A stretch of 60,567 nucleotides of DNA from an uncultured Dechloromonas sp. (GCA_937996725.1 CALKUR010000117.1:1-60567); one strand, 5' to 3'; positions 32,752 through 43,420 are shown, counted from the first letter of the stretch. The notes: generated by a model from the sequence alone, not told the origin. Numbers and translations are program-made.

Positions 32752-35700
32752 TCAGAGTATGGGTGCTAACCAGCGTTTGGCTTCCTCTACTGATCGCCCG
32801 CAACGGCGTGCCCAATCTTCCAGTTGATCGGTATCGATTTTGCTGACGGCAAAGTATTTGGCTGCCGGGTGCGCCAGATAGAAGCCCGAGACCGATGCGG
32901 CTGGCCACATGGCACAGGATTCGGTGAGCGTCATGCCGGCCAGTTTAGGTACGTCCAGTAGATCGAATAGGCCGCGTTTGGCCAGGTGATCCGGACAGGC
33001 CGGATAACCCGGTGCTGGGCGGATGCCACGATAAGCTTCTTTGATCAATGCTGCGTTATCCAGCGTTTCGTCAGCCGCATAGCCCCAGTGCTTCATGCGC
33101 ACTTGACGGTGCAGCCATTCAGCAAAGGCTTCGGCCAGGCGATCGGCCAGTGATTTGAGCATAATCGAACGGTAATCATCATGCGCTGCTTCAAAGCGCT
33201 TTAGATGCGCTTCAATGCCTTCGCCGCAGGAGACGGCAAAACCACCAATCCAGTCGGGCGTAGTGCCCGATGGTTTCTTCTCGGCGATAAAGTCGGCCAG
33301 GCACCAGTTGGGTTTACCTGCCGGCCGTTCCTGCTGCTGACGCAGGTTGTGCCAGATCATGCCGGTGTGCTGACGTGCTTCATCGGTGTAGATTTCGATG
33401 TCATCACCGACGCGGTTGGCCGGGAATAGGCCGAAGACGCCGCGTGGTTTCAGCCATTGTTCGGCGACCAATTGCTTGAGCATATCCTGCGCATCGGCAT
33501 ACACCTGGCGCGCAGTTTCGCCGACGACCTTGTCATCCAGAATGGCCGGGAAGGAACCCGTCAGATCCCAGGTCTGGAAAAATGGGCTCCAGTCGATATA
33601 AGGCACCAGCTCGGCCAGCGAAGGTTCGATCATCTGAACGCCGGTTTTTTGAGGGGCAACCGGTTGATAGCTCGCGTATTCACCCGTGAAACCATCAAAC
33701 GCATTCGCTTGTGCGGTTTCAAGAGCAACCAGCGCCACGCCTTTCTTGTTGGCGTGCTGCTGCCGGACTTTTTCGTAGTCGGCGTTCAGTTCATCTTTGT
33801 AGGCTTGTACCTTGACAGCATCTGACGATAGCAGATTCGAGACAACGCCCACGGCACGCGAGGCATCCGGCACATAAACCACCGGGTGGGCGTAATTCGG
33901 TGCAATCTTGATGGCTGTGTGGGCGCGGCTGGTTGTTGCGCCACCGATCATCAGCGGCACATTGAAGCCCTGGCGGGTCATTTCGCTGGCGATGTGCGTC
34001 ATCTCTTCCAGCGATGGTGTGATCAGACCGGAGAGGCCAATCACTTGCGCATCATGTTCACGTGCGGCTTTAAGGATCTGTTCGCAAGGCACCATGACGC
34101 CGAGGTCGACGACTTCATAGCCATTACAACCCAACACGACGGCGACAATATTTTTGCCGATGTCGTGTACGTCTCCTTTAACGGTAGCGATGACGAGCTT
34201 GCCCTTGGCGGCGGCACCGGTACGTGCTTTTTCTTCTTCGATGAACGGCACCAGATGGGCCACGGCCTGCTTCATGACGCGGGCAGACTTCACCACCTGT
34301 GGCAGGAACATTTTGCCGGCGCCAAATAGATCGCCGACCGTGTTCATGCCAGACATCAGTGGGCCTTCAATTACTGACAGCGGCGGTTGGCCTGCTGCGG
34401 CCAGTTCAGCGCGACACTCTTCGGTATCGGCCACGACGTATTCCGTAATGCCCTTCACCATGGCGTGGCTTAGGCGTTCTGCCACGGGCCAGTTGCGCCA
34501 GGCGAGATCTTCAACCTTTTCTTTGGCGCTGCCTTTGACGCTCTGGGCAAATTCCACCAGCGCATCACCGGCACCGGCGTGCTTATTCAGCACGACATCT
34601 TCAACCTTGGCGCGCAGCTCGGGTTCGATTTCGTCGTAAACACCCAGCTGGCCGGCGTTGACAATGCCCATGGTCATGCCGGCTTGAATGGCGTGATACA
34701 GGAAGACCGTGTGAATGGCCTCGCGAACCGGATCGTTGCCGCGGAACGAAAACGACACGTTGGAGACGCCGCCTGAGATGCTTGCGTGTGGCAGATGCGC
34801 CTTGATCCAACGCACGGCTTCAATAAAGTCGACGGCGTAGCCATCGTGCTCCGGAATGCCTGTCGCGATAGCGAAGATATTCGGGTCAAAGATGATGTCT
34901 TCCGCAGGAAAGCCATCGGCCACGAGCAACTTATAAGCGCGTTCGCAGATCTCGACTTTGCGCTGGAAGGTATCGGCCTGACCTTTTTCATCAAAGGCCA
35001 TGACGATGACGGCCGCGCCGTACTGGCGAGCCAGGCGTGCTTGGCGCAGGAACTCGGCTTCGCCCTCTTTCATCGAGATGGAGTTAACGATGCCTTTGCC
35101 CTGGATGCATTTGAGGCCGGCTTCTATAACGGACCACTTCGACGAGTCGATCATGATCGGCACGCGCGAGATGTCCGGCTCCGAAGCGATCAGCTGCAGG
35201 AAGCGCACCATGGCCGCTTCCGAATCGAGCATCGCTTCATCCATGTTGATATCGATGACTTGGGCACCATTCTCGACCTGTTGGCGGGCAACGGCCAGCG
35301 CATCGTCGAAACGGTTTTCAAGAATCATCTTCGCAAAAGCACGGGAGCCGGTGACGTTGGTACGTTCGCCCACATTGACGAAGAAAGATTCGGGGCCGAT
35401 TTCACAAGGCTCTAGGCCTGAGAGGCGCAGGCGGTGCGGCACGTTGGCCGGCTGGCGTGGTTTGACGTCGGCAACGGCATGAGCGATCGCGCGGATGTGA
35501 TCCGGCGTGGTGCCGCAGCAACCGCCGACGATATTTACGAGGCCATGCACGGCCCATTCGCGGATATCTTCCGCCAGCATTTCTGGCGTTTCATCGTAAC
35601 CGCCGAAGGCATTCGGTAAGCCCGCATTCGGGTGGGCCGAAATATAAGTCGGGCAAATACGCGACAGCGTTTCAACGTGTGGGCGTAGTTCTTTGGCGCC

Positions 35701-36471
35701 GAGCGCACAGTTGAGCCCCATGGAGATCGGGCGGGTATGCGCCAGGGAGGTCCAGAAGGCTTCAGCCGTTTGGCCAGAAAGGGTGCGACCCGAGGCGTCG
35801 GTAATGGTGCCGGAGATCATGACGGGCCAACGGCGGCCACGCGCGGTAAATACCTGTTCAACCGCCATCACGGCGGCCTTGGCGTTCAGCGTATCGAAGA
35901 CGGTTTCGATGAGCAGCAGATCGGTGCCACCGTCGATGAGGCCATTGGTGGCTTCGACGTAGTTGGTGACCAGTTCGTCAAACGTCACGTTGCGGGCACC
36001 TGGATCGTTCACGTCTGGCGAAATCGACGCCGTGCGTGAGGTCGGCCCAATCACACCGGCGACTAGGCGTGGTTTCGCAGGATTCTGTGCGCTGTATTTG
36101 TCGCAGGCAGCGCGGGCAATCGCAGCGCCGGCCACGTTGAGTTCGTAGACGATGTCTTCGAGTTTGTAATCAGATTGCGACAGGCGCGTCGCGTTGAAGG
36201 TGTTGGTCTCGATGATGTCAGCACCGGCCGCCAGGTACTGCTCGTGAATACCCTGGATGATGTCCGGGCGGGTTAGCAGCAGGAGATCGTTGTTGCCCTT
36301 GAGATCATGTGCATGATTGGCAAATCGCTCACCCCGAAAGTCGGCTTCGGTCAGGCTGTGTCGCTGGATCATCGTGCCCATGGCACCGTCGAGTACGAGC
36401 ACGCGCTCTTTCAGGTGGGAAAGAATTTCTTCGGTGCGATCGGGCTGGGGTTGAGGCTTGGGTGCGGTCAT
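32752..36471 (-). CDS. metH: Cobalamin-dependent methionine synthase
   Basis: [43 protein letters not shown] (B12-binding), [12 protein letters not shown]. Confidence 0.99.
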   Translation of the reverse strand: MTAPKPQPQPDRTEEILSHLKERVLVLDGAMGTMIQRHSLTEADFRGERFANHAHDLKGNNDLLLLTRPDIIQGIHEQYLAAGADIIETNTFNATRLSQSDYKLEDIVYELNVAGAAIARAACDKYSAQNPAKPRLVAGVIGPTSRTASISPDVNDPGARNVTFDELVTNYVEATNGLIDGGTDLLLIETVFDTLNAKAAVMAVEQVFTARGRRWPVMISGTITDASGRTLSGQTAEAFWTSLAHTRPISMGLNCALGAKELRPHVETLSRICPTYISAHPNAGLPNAFGGYDETPEMLAEDIREWAVHGLVNIVGGCCGTTPDHIRAIAHAVADVKPRQPANVPHRLRLSGLEPCEIGPESFFVNVGERTNVTGSRAFAKMILENRFDDALAVARQQVENGAQVIDINMDEAMLDSEAAMVRFLQLIASEPDISRVPIMIDSSKWSVIEAGLKCIQGKGIVNSISMKEGEAEFLRQARLARQYGAAVIVMAFDEKGQADTFQRKVEICERAYKLLVADGFPAEDIIFDPNIFAIATGIPEHDGYAVDFIEAVRWIKAHLPHASISGGVSNVSFSFRGNDPVREAIHTVFLYHAIQAGMTMGIVNAGQLGVYDEIEPELRAKVEDVVLNKHAGAGDALVEFAQSVKGSAKEKVEDLAWRNWPVAERLSHAMVKGITEYVVADTEECRAELAAAGQPPLSVIEGPLMSGMNTVGDLFGAGKMFLPQVVKSARVMKQAVAHLVPFIEEEKARTGAAAKGKLVIATVKGDVHDIGKNIVAVVLGCNGYEVVDLGVMVPCEQILKAAREHDAQVIGLSGLITPSLEEMTHIASEMTRQGFNVPLMIGGATTSRAHTAIKIAPNYAHPVVYVPDASRAVGVVSNLLSSDAVKVQAYKDELNADYEKVRQQHANKKGVALVALETAQANAFDGFTGEYASYQPVAPQKTGVQMIEPSLAELVPYIDWSPFFQTWDLTGSFPAILDDKVVGETARQVYADAQDMLKQLVAEQWLKPRGVFGLFPANRVGDDIEIYTDEARQHTGMIWHNLRQQQERPAGKPNWCLADFIAEKKPSGTTPDWIGGFAVSCGEGIEAHLKRFEAAHDDYRSIMLKSLADRLAEAFAEWLHRQVRMKHWGYAADETLDNAALIKEAYRGIRPAPGYPACPDHLAKRGLFDLLDVPKLAGMTLTESCAMWPAASVSGFYLAHPAAKYFAVSKIDTDQLEDWARRCGRSVEEAKRWLAPIL

Positions 36472-36487
36472 AACCAACGTCTTCTTG

Positions 36488-36533
36488 AAAAAACAAACCC
36501 GCCGGTCAGCGGGGCTGCAGCGGCGGGCGTTTG
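36488..36533 (-). terminator. Leader terminator downstream of the SAM-II aptamer
   Basis: Minus strand GCCCGCCG...CAGC-CCC-GCUG...CGGCGGGU followed by UUGUUUUUU, ending about 16 nt before the metH ATG. Confidence 0.7.
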
Positions 36534-36542
36534 GTATCCCAT

Positions 36543-36599
36543 CGCTTTAGCAGTATTTGTAAACGCGCCCGCAAGCTGAGGAGCTCAAATCGGCGCGTG
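36543..36599 (-). ncRNA. SAM-II class riboswitch aptamer upstream of metH
   Basis: Minus strand CGCGCCGAUUUGAGCUCCUCAGCUUGCGGGCGCGUUUACAAAUACUGCUAAAGCG shows SAM-II hallmarks: P1 CGCGC/GCGCG, GAUUU, GCUUGC, GCUAAA. Confidence 0.88.
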
Positions 36600-36618
36600 G
36601 CAAGGTTGCCAAGCCCAA

Positions 36619-36647
36619 ACAATACGGGGCGAACCGGTTTGCGTCAA
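36619..36647 (-). promoter_or_regulatory. Sigma70-type promoter for the metH leader
   Basis: TTGACG (36647-36642), 17 nt spacer, TATTGT (36624-36619), just upstream of the aptamer. Confidence 0.7.
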
Positions 36648-36650
36648 GTA

Positions 36651-36663
36651 AATCAATGGCTTG
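36651..36663 (+). promoter_or_regulatory. IHF-consensus site between divergent metH and rfaH
   Basis: AATCAATGGCTTG is an exact match to WATCAANNNNTTR. Confidence 0.45.
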
Positions 36664-36699
36664 GAGCGGCAAAAAAGCTTATGGTTAAAATGCTCCGCT

Positions 36700-37191
36700 A
36701 TGGCACGCACCTGGTACCTGGTTCAAAGCAAACCCCGTAATGAAGCACGGGCGTTGGAGAACCTATTGCGCCAGGGGTATGAGACCTATTTGCCGTTGAT
36801 TGAGGTCGAGCGTCTGCAACGTGGCAAGCTGCTCAAGAAGCTGGAACCCCTATTCCCACGTTATCTGTTTCTGCATCTGGAAGAAGGTAACGATAACTGG
36901 GGGCCGATCCGATCAACACTGGGTGTTGCTGGTATGGTGCGCTTCGGCCAGACTTATGCGGCTGTGCCGGATCCTGTGATTGACGCGATTCGTGAGCGGA
37001 CTCAGGAAATCAGAGAAACACTTTTTGCAGCGGGCGATGCCGTTCAAGTCGTGGGCGGCCCTTTAGTCGGTCTGGAAGGTGTGTTTGAAATCGCCGATGG
37101 TGAGCAGCGCAGCTTTGTGCTACTTGAGTTCATGCAGAAACAACAGCGTGTCTCCGTCTCGACCGCCGATCTGCGGACGGCCAGTTACTAA
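36700..37191 (+). CDS. rfaH: RfaH-type NusG paralog (antitermination factor)
   Basis: WYLVQSKPRNEARALENL.RQG..YLP, EPLFPRYLF, IRSTLGV..VRFG, KOW GDAVQVVGGPL.G.EG.F. Confidence 0.88.
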   Translation: MARTWYLVQSKPRNEARALENLLRQGYETYLPLIEVERLQRGKLLKKLEPLFPRYLFLHLEEGNDNWGPIRSTLGVAGMVRFGQTYAAVPDPVIDAIRERTQEIRETLFAAGDAVQVVGGPLVGLEGVFEIADGEQRSFVLLEFMQKQQRVSVSTADLRTASY

Positions 37192-37211
37192 GTACTTTGG
37201 GCGCGTCAGAT

Positions 37212-38381
37212 CTATTTGGCTAAAAATTCGTGCGCTAGTTTGACCCAGTAGCTGATGCCAATCGCGGTAATGTCGTCATTGAAGTCGTAATGCGGGTTGT
37301 GCAGCGTGCAGCCGCCCTCGCCTGGGCCGTTGCCTAACCAGACATAGCAACCAGGCTTTTCCAGCAGCATGTAGGCGAAGTCTTCGGCACCCATCGATGG
37401 CAGTGCGTCTTTGATCACTTGATCCGGGCCCAGGATTTGGGTAGCAACATGCTGGCAGAAATGTGACTCATGGGCGCTATTGACCGTCGGCGGGTAGCGT
37501 TGGTCGTAGCGCACTTCAATCTGCGCGCCATAGGTTGCGGCAATACCGGTGCAGATTTCCTGAACACGAGTTTCAACGAGCTGCTGAACGTCGGGCTTAA
37601 AGGTCCGGATCGTGCCGCGAAGCACGGCGTCTTCGGGGATGACGTTCCAGGCATCGCCGGCATGGAACTGGGTGATCGAAATCACACCCGCCTCACAAGG
37701 GTGTAGGTTGCGCGAAATGACGGTCTGCAACGCCTGGATGACCTGTGTACCGACCAGAATGGTGTCGACGCCTTGGTGCGGCATGGCGGCATGGCAACCG
37801 TGACCCCGGATGAGAATTTCCAAGCCACAGGTACCAGCCATAACCGGTCCGGGCATGATGGCCATCTGGCCGACAGGTAGGCCGGGCCAGTTATGTAGGC
37901 CAAAAACCGCCTCGACTGGAAACTGCTGGAATAGCCCTTGCTCAATCATGACGCGCGCACCGCCTTCGCCTTCTTCCGCAGGCTGGAAGATCAGTACCAC
38001 GGTACCGTCAAAATCGCGATGCTCGGCAAGATACCGCGCTGCACCGAGCAACATGGCCGTATGCCCATCATGGCCGCAGGCATGCATTCTGCCGCTATGG
38101 CGGGAGCGGTGCGGGAACTCGTTCAATTCTGGCATCGGCAGCGCATCCATGTCGGCACGCAAGCCAACCATGCGGCCGCTGCTGCCCTGGGTGCCCTTGA
38201 TGACACCAACTACGCCGGTGCCAGCCAGACCACGGTGTACCTCGACTCCGGAGCTTTCCAGCGCCTGCGCAACGACGTCGGCCGTCCGGGCCTCTTCAAA
38301 GGCCAGTTCGGGGTGGGCATGAATATCGCGGCGGATGGCGGTGATATCGGCTAGGAAAGGGAGATCGAGCAATTTCATCAT
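37212..38381 (-). CDS. M20D amidohydrolase (hippurate hydrolase-like)
   Basis: RRDIHAHPELAFEE, LRADMDALP, MHACGHDGH, FQPAEE, AEDFAY, LHNPHYDFND. Confidence 0.93.
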   Translation of the reverse strand: MMKLLDLPFLADITAIRRDIHAHPELAFEEARTADVVAQALESSGVEVHRGLAGTGVVGVIKGTQGSSGRMVGLRADMDALPMPELNEFPHRSRHSGRMHACGHDGHTAMLLGAARYLAEHRDFDGTVVLIFQPAEEGEGGARVMIEQGLFQQFPVEAVFGLHNWPGLPVGQMAIMPGPVMAGTCGLEILIRGHGCHAAMPHQGVDTILVGTQVIQALQTVISRNLHPCEAGVISITQFHAGDAWNVIPEDAVLRGTIRTFKPDVQQLVETRVQEICTGIAATYGAQIEVRYDQRYPPTVNSAHESHFCQHVATQILGPDQVIKDALPSMGAEDFAYMLLEKPGCYVWLGNGPGEGGCTLHNPHYDFNDDITAIGISYWVKLAHEFLAK

Positions 38382-38455
38382 GCACCTGAGGCAAAGCCTC
38401 TGCGTAAAGGTTACGTCACCATTATGGCGCATTCCCCAGCTATACTGAACCCATC

Positions 38456-39328
38456 ATGGAACTTGTTGTTATCAGCGGCCTCTCTGGCTCCGGTAAATCG
38501 ATCGCTCTTGCTGTGCTCGAGGACGCGGGGTACTACTGCGTCGATAACCTCCCGGCCGATATGTTGCCGGTACTGGTGGGACACTTGCGTCAAGATGGAT
38601 ATACGCGCGTTGGCGTTGCGGTGGATGTGCGCAGCGGCCCCTCGCTCGAAGCCTTGCCTAAGGCTTTGGAAGATTTGCGCCGGGATGCACAGGTCAGCGT
38701 ACTGTTCCTCGATGCGGATGATGAAACTCTGATTCAACGGTTCTCCGAGACGCGACGCGCGCACCCGCTTACCAGCGAAACGATGACGCTTGCCGAAGCT
38801 TTGCGGCATGAACGCGCCTTGCTTGAACCGGTAGCCGAGATGGGCCATCGTCTGGATAGCAGCCATTTGAAACCGGCGGTATTGCGCGCCTGGATTCGCG
38901 ACTTTCTCAAGGTCGACAGTCAGGATGGCCTAACATTGGTGTTTGAGTCCTTCGGCTTTAAACATGGTGTCCCACGTGATGCAGATCTGATGTTTGACGT
39001 ACGTTGTTTGCCGAACCCGCATTACGATCCGGTGCTACGTCCGTTGACCGGTAAAGACGTACCCGTTGCCGCGTTTCTGGAGGGCCAGCCAGACGCGATC
39101 CAGTTGCGCGAAGAGATCGCCCGCTTCGTGAAGACCTGGTTGCCGAAATATGGTCACGACAATCGTTCGTATCTGACTGTGGCGATTGGTTGTACTGGTG
39201 GACAACATCGTTCGGTGTGGATGACTGAATGGCTCGCCACCCAATTTGCCGACCGGCCGGATGTGTTGGTCCGTCACCGTGAACTGGTTCCTGCAGCGCC
39301 CGCTGACAACACTGCTGCGTCCCGGTGA
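38456..39328 (+). CDS. rapZ: RNase adapter RapZ
   Basis: SGLSGSGKS, YCVDNLP, SFGFKHG, DVRCLPNP, IGCTGGQHRSV. Confidence 0.97.
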   Translation: MELVVISGLSGSGKSIALAVLEDAGYYCVDNLPADMLPVLVGHLRQDGYTRVGVAVDVRSGPSLEALPKALEDLRRDAQVSVLFLDADDETLIQRFSETRRAHPLTSETMTLAEALRHERALLEPVAEMGHRLDSSHLKPAVLRAWIRDFLKVDSQDGLTLVFESFGFKHGVPRDADLMFDVRCLPNPHYDPVLRPLTGKDVPVAAFLEGQPDAIQLREEIARFVKTWLPKYGHDNRSYLTVAIGCTGGQHRSVWMTEWLATQFADRPDVLVRHRELVPAAPADNTAASR

Positions 39329-39671
39329 TGCGATCGTACTGCTGGCCGGCATTGCCGGTTGGTTGGTGTTGTCGATATCGCTCTGGCAGTCGGGTCCGGC
39401 ATCGCAGGCCCAAGTGCGGCGCGATGGCATTCTAGTCGCTGCCTATGCGTTGAATGAAGATCGCACCGTGTCGATTGATGGCGCATTGGGCGCTACGGTG
39501 ATTCGTATCGAGTCTGGCCGTGCTCGCGTCGTGAGCGACCCGGGGCCACGACAATACTGCGTCAAGCAAGGTTGGCTCAGCCGGCCAGGTGAAATGGCGC
39601 TGTGCGCACCGAACCATGTGAGCCTATCGTTGACCGGTGGTCCGCCCACTTATGAATCCATGGCGTATTAG
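39279..39671 (+). CDS. NusG domain II-containing membrane-anchored protein (start uncertain)
   Basis: N-terminal TM, then IESGRARVVSDPGPRQYCVKQGWLSRPGEMALCAPNHV typical of stand-alone NusG_II proteins. Confidence 0.8.
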   Translation: MNWFLQRPLTTLLRPGDAIVLLAGIAGWLVLSISLWQSGPASQAQVRRDGILVAAYALNEDRTVSIDGALGATVIRIESGRARVVSDPGPRQYCVKQGWLSRPGEMALCAPNHVSLSLTGGPPTYESMAY

Positions 39672-39680
39672 AGACCAACC

Positions 39681-40202
39681 ATGCGCCAACTCACACTGAC
39701 ACCGGATGATCACCGTATCGCACGCCTAACGGCCGCCGCTATTGCGATCGCCCTGGTGGAATCGGCGGTACCGAGCCCCTTGCCCGGTGTGAAGCCAGGG
39801 TTGGCCAACATCATTACGCTATTGGTGCTGTTGCGTTATGACTGGGCCACTGCCGCCTGGGTGACACTCCTACGCGTGTTCGCGGTCAGTTTATTGGTTG
39901 GCCAGTTTTTGGCCCCCGGCTTTGTGTTGTCGCTCGGTGGTGCGCTTGCATCCCTGGGCGTGCTTTACCTGCTACAACCTCTGGTGCGACAGATGCCGGC
40001 CTGGTTTGGCCCCGTCACACTATCGGTCTTGGCCGCCTTGGGGCATATGCTGACGCAGCTGTTGATCGTCCGACTCTGGCTGGTGCCCAGCCCTGGCGTG
40101 TGGGTGCTGGCACCCGTATTTATCGGCGCGGCGCTATTGTTTGGGGCGTTGAATGGCCTGGTCGTCGCCTGGCTTAGATCGTCTGATCCCGCTCAGCCAT
40201 AA
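39681..40202 (+). CDS. Gx transporter family / heptaprenyl diphosphate synthase component I-like membrane protein
   Basis: ESAVPSPLPGVKPGLANIITL, LSLGGALAS, SVLAALGH; follows the NusG_II gene. Confidence 0.82.
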   Translation: MRQLTLTPDDHRIARLTAAAIAIALVESAVPSPLPGVKPGLANIITLLVLLRYDWATAAWVTLLRVFAVSLLVGQFLAPGFVLSLGGALASLGVLYLLQPLVRQMPAWFGPVTLSVLAALGHMLTQLLIVRLWLVPSPGVWVLAPVFIGAALLFGALNGLVVAWLRSSDPAQP

Positions 40203-41226
40203 GCAGTTTGCGCCAGGGTGTGGGTAGCGCCAGCTCTTCGGCTTCGCTGAGCGGGTAGGCGTCCAGTTCACGGTGCCGATTGAGTTCGGTCGGCGCTGTG
40301 CGTACCACGTAGCGACTGACCTTGGCCTGCAGCTCGAAGTGCGTGAACTTGTGACGAATAGCCGTACCCGGTAATGCTACGGCGCTCGCCGGCAGACGCA
40401 CGGAGTCAGCATCCGGCAGACTCAGGAGCCCACCCCAGATACCGCAGGCTTGACGACGTTCTAGCCACACAAGATTGTGATCGCGAATCAGCCAAACGTG
40501 CGCGGTGCGTACAGGTAGTTTTGTCTTGGCTTTACGATGCGGTAGTTCGCTCACCCGGTTGGTATTGAATGCCGTGCAGAAGCTTTGCATCGGGCACGCA
40601 TCGCAGCGCGCTTTGCTCCGGGTGCAGCAGGTGGCACCCAGATCCATGAGGCCTTGCGTATACGCGGCAATGTCTTTTTTGGGGAGCAACGATTCGGCGA
40701 GCATCCAGAGGGACTTGTCGACGATCGTTGCGGTTGGTATGCCTTCGATGCCAAAGACACGACAGAAGACACGCTTCACGTTGCCGTCCAGAATGGCCGC
40801 GCGTTGCCCAAAGGAGAAGACGCTAATCGCTGCAGCGGTGGAGCGGCCGATACCGGGCAGCGTGGCGAGGGCTTCGGCATCTGTCGGGAATCGACCGTCG
40901 TGGTCCGATATGATCTTACGGGCGCAGGCATGCAGATTGCGCGCCCGTGCGTAGTAGCCTAGCCCCGCCCAGAGTGTTAGTACGTCTTCAAGCGGGGCCC
41001 TGGCCAGTGCGGCCACCGTTGGGAACGATGCGAGAAAGCGCGCGTAATACGGGATGACCGTTTGCACCTGCGTCTGCTGCAGCATAATTTCCGACAACCA
41101 GACTCGATAGGGGTCGTTGGTTTGTTGCCACGGCAGGTCATGACGGCCATGTTGCTTCTGCCAGCGCACGAGTGCGGCAGGAAATTTAGCTTCGGCGGCG
41201 GGTATGGTTTTGCCGGGAGGTGTCAT
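40174..41226 (-). CDS. mutY: A/G-specific adenine glycosylase
   Basis: GRHDLPWQ, WLSEIMLQQTQV, WAGLGYYARARN, LPGIGRSTA, FeS CCTRSKARCDACPMQSFC. Confidence 0.97.
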   Translation of the reverse strand: MTPPGKTIPAAEAKFPAALVRWQKQHGRHDLPWQQTNDPYRVWLSEIMLQQTQVQTVIPYYARFLASFPTVAALARAPLEDVLTLWAGLGYYARARNLHACARKIISDHDGRFPTDAEALATLPGIGRSTAAAISVFSFGQRAAILDGNVKRVFCRVFGIEGIPTATIVDKSLWMLAESLLPKKDIAAYTQGLMDLGATCCTRSKARCDACPMQSFCTAFNTNRVSELPHRKAKTKLPVRTAHVWLIRDHNLVWLERRQACGIWGGLLSLPDADSVRLPASAVALPGTAIRHKFTHFELQAKVSRYVVRTAPTELNRHRELDAYPLSEAEELALPTPWRKLLMAERDQTI

Positions 41227-41337
41227 GGGTCAAGGGCCGGATGGTCGCGGGGTAGCGGTATAATCAGCGCCCATCCTAACGCATGCTTGCCTGTCTGGCG
41301 TAATGCATCAAATCGCCGAATTTTCCCCGAACCATTC

Positions 41338-41865
41338 ATGATCGCTAACCCGGAACCCTTTCCTTTCGAACAGGCTGAGCCGACCGGCGATGCCCAGCGC
41401 GATTTGCGCGTGGCATTGGGGCGTTTTCCGACGGGCGTGGCGGTGCTGACGGCGCTGGATGCCGATGGCCTGGCGATTGGATTGACCGTCAGCTCGTTTA
41501 ACACAGTCTCGCTGGAACCGCCGCTGATTGTGTGGAGTTTACAGCTCACCTCACGTCATCTGGCCACGTTTGATACCACGTCGACTTACGCGGTGAACAT
41601 TCTTTCGGCCGGTCAGGCGGATGTCTCTAATCTCTTTGCTTCATCGTTGGACCGGCCTTTTGATGCAGTAGCGTGGGCACCGGGTTTGAGTGGCGTGCCC
41701 TTGCTGGCAGGCTGTAGTGCTTGGTTCGAGGTCGATAACTTCCAGCAACTGGATGGCGGCGATCACCGTCTGTATATCGGCAAAGTGCGGCGTTTTGCCG
41801 CGGACCTGACACCTGCGCCGCTGGTCTTCCAGGATGGCGATTACCGAGCTCTTCGGAACGATTGA
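41338..41865 (+). CDS. Flavin reductase-like FMN-binding protein
   Basis: LRVALGRFPTGVAVLT, GLTVSSFNTVSLEPPLI, GGDHRLYIG. Confidence 0.9.
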   Translation: MIANPEPFPFEQAEPTGDAQRDLRVALGRFPTGVAVLTALDADGLAIGLTVSSFNTVSLEPPLIVWSLQLTSRHLATFDTTSTYAVNILSAGQADVSNLFASSLDRPFDAVAWAPGLSGVPLLAGCSAWFEVDNFQQLDGGDHRLYIGKVRRFAADLTPAPLVFQDGDYRALRND

Positions 41866-41870
41866 TTGAT

Positions 41871-43418
41871 ATGGCGCACCGGAGGCTGCGGCTGTTTCTG
41901 GTGCTGGGCGATCAGCTACACCCGGATCCTCATCCGCTGTTGTCGCTGGCGAATCAGGACGATGATGTTCTGATGGTAGAAGCGCCCGATGAAGCAACCC
42001 ACGTGTGGAGCCATAAGGCTAGAATCACGCTGTTCTTTTCGGCGATGCGCCATTTCGCTGACCGCTGGAGAACGCGTTGTCGTTTAACCTATCGCCGAAT
42101 CGGTACCCATCCATTCAAGACGTTGACGGAAGCGCTGGATGATTTTGTCAGGCAGAACCCCGAAATAGAGCGTATCTGCCTGCTTGAGCCCGGCGATGCG
42201 CGGGTGACTGAAGCGCTCGTTATTTGTGGCGAACGAATTAATCGGCAAGTCGATTTTTATCCGGATCCCCATTTTTTGTGTAGCCGTGAGGATTTCGAGA
42301 CCTGGGCCAATCGGGGTGCGCAAAATCTGCGAATGGAGTTTTTCTATCGCTGGATGCGGCGCCGAACCGGCATCTTGATGCAGGATGATCAGCCGGTCGG
42401 TGGGCAGTGGAACTTTGATGCTGAAAACCGTGCTGGATTTGGTGCGGGTGGGCCAGCAGCAGTGCCAATACCAAAACGCTTTGTGCCGGATGACATTACG
42501 CGCGGGGCGATGGCGGATGTTGAAACGTTTTTTCCGCAACATCCCGGAATGCTCGCGGATTTTGCGTGGCCGGTGACGGCTCAGGAAGCGAATCTCGCCC
42601 TCGCTGATTTTATCGAGCACCGCCTCGCATCCTTCGGGCAATGGCAGGACGCGATGTGGCGGGACGAGCCTTTTCTCTGGCATTCGCTGATTTCTGCCGC
42701 GCTGAATCTCAAATTATTGGATCCACGCGATGTGATGGCAGCGGCGGAGACCGCTTTATTGAAAGGCTTGGCGCCACTGGCCGCCGTTGAAGGTTTTATT
42801 CGCCAGATTCTGGGCTGGCGCGAGTTCGTGCGGGGTATTTACTGGCGGCATGCCGCTGCATGGCCATCGACGAATGCACTCAATGCGAAAGAACCACTCC
42901 CGCGGTGGTACTGGAGTGGGCAAACCAAGGCAGCCTGCCTGAATGCGGCGATTTCACAGACCCTGAAATATGGTTATGCCCATCACATCCAACGATTGAT
43001 GGTGACCGGTAACTTCGCACTATTAGCAGGCCTGAATCCTCGAGAGGTTGCTGACTGGTATCTGGCAGTCTATGTGGACGCTGTGGCCTGGGTAGAAGAG
43101 CCCAATACGCTGGGCATGGCTTTATTTGCGCTGGGCGGTCGAATGACCAGCAAGCCTTATATCGCTTCGGGTGCGTACATCAAGCGCATGAGTAACTACT
43201 GTAAGCACTGCGCTTATCGACCGGAGCTGAGAACCGGTGCGCAGGCTTGCCCGTTCACCACGCTCTACTGGGACTTCCTGATGCGTCATGACCAGATGCT
43301 CCGGTCGAACCCGCGTATGGCGTTGGCCTATAAAAACCTCGACCGGATGGATGCGCAGGAGCAGGAAGCGATTCGCGATTGGGCGGCGGTGCGTCTGACG
43401 CAAATTGAATCGTTGTAG
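41871..43418 (+). CDS. FeS-containing bacterial cryptochrome/(6-4) photolyase (PhrB/CryB type)
   Basis: LVLGDQL, HKARITLFFSAMRHF, RMEFFYR, GGQWNFD, EGFIRQILGWREF, YAHHIQRLMV, KPYIASGAYIKRMSNYCKHC..ACPF. Confidence 0.93.
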   Translation: MAHRRLRLFLVLGDQLHPDPHPLLSLANQDDDVLMVEAPDEATHVWSHKARITLFFSAMRHFADRWRTRCRLTYRRIGTHPFKTLTEALDDFVRQNPEIERICLLEPGDARVTEALVICGERINRQVDFYPDPHFLCSREDFETWANRGAQNLRMEFFYRWMRRRTGILMQDDQPVGGQWNFDAENRAGFGAGGPAAVPIPKRFVPDDITRGAMADVETFFPQHPGMLADFAWPVTAQEANLALADFIEHRLASFGQWQDAMWRDEPFLWHSLISAALNLKLLDPRDVMAAAETALLKGLAPLAAVEGFIRQILGWREFVRGIYWRHAAAWPSTNALNAKEPLPRWYWSGQTKAACLNAAISQTLKYGYAHHIQRLMVTGNFALLAGLNPREVADWYLAVYVDAVAWVEEPNTLGMALFALGGRMTSKPYIASGAYIKRMSNYCKHCAYRPELRTGAQACPFTTLYWDFLMRHDQMLRSNPRMALAYKNLDRMDAQEQEAIRDWAAVRLTQIESL

Positions 43419-43420
43419 GA

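Noticed and set aside
36480-36600. SAH or cobalamin riboswitch upstream of metH
   Set aside because: Their conserved cores were not found; the sequence fits SAM-II.
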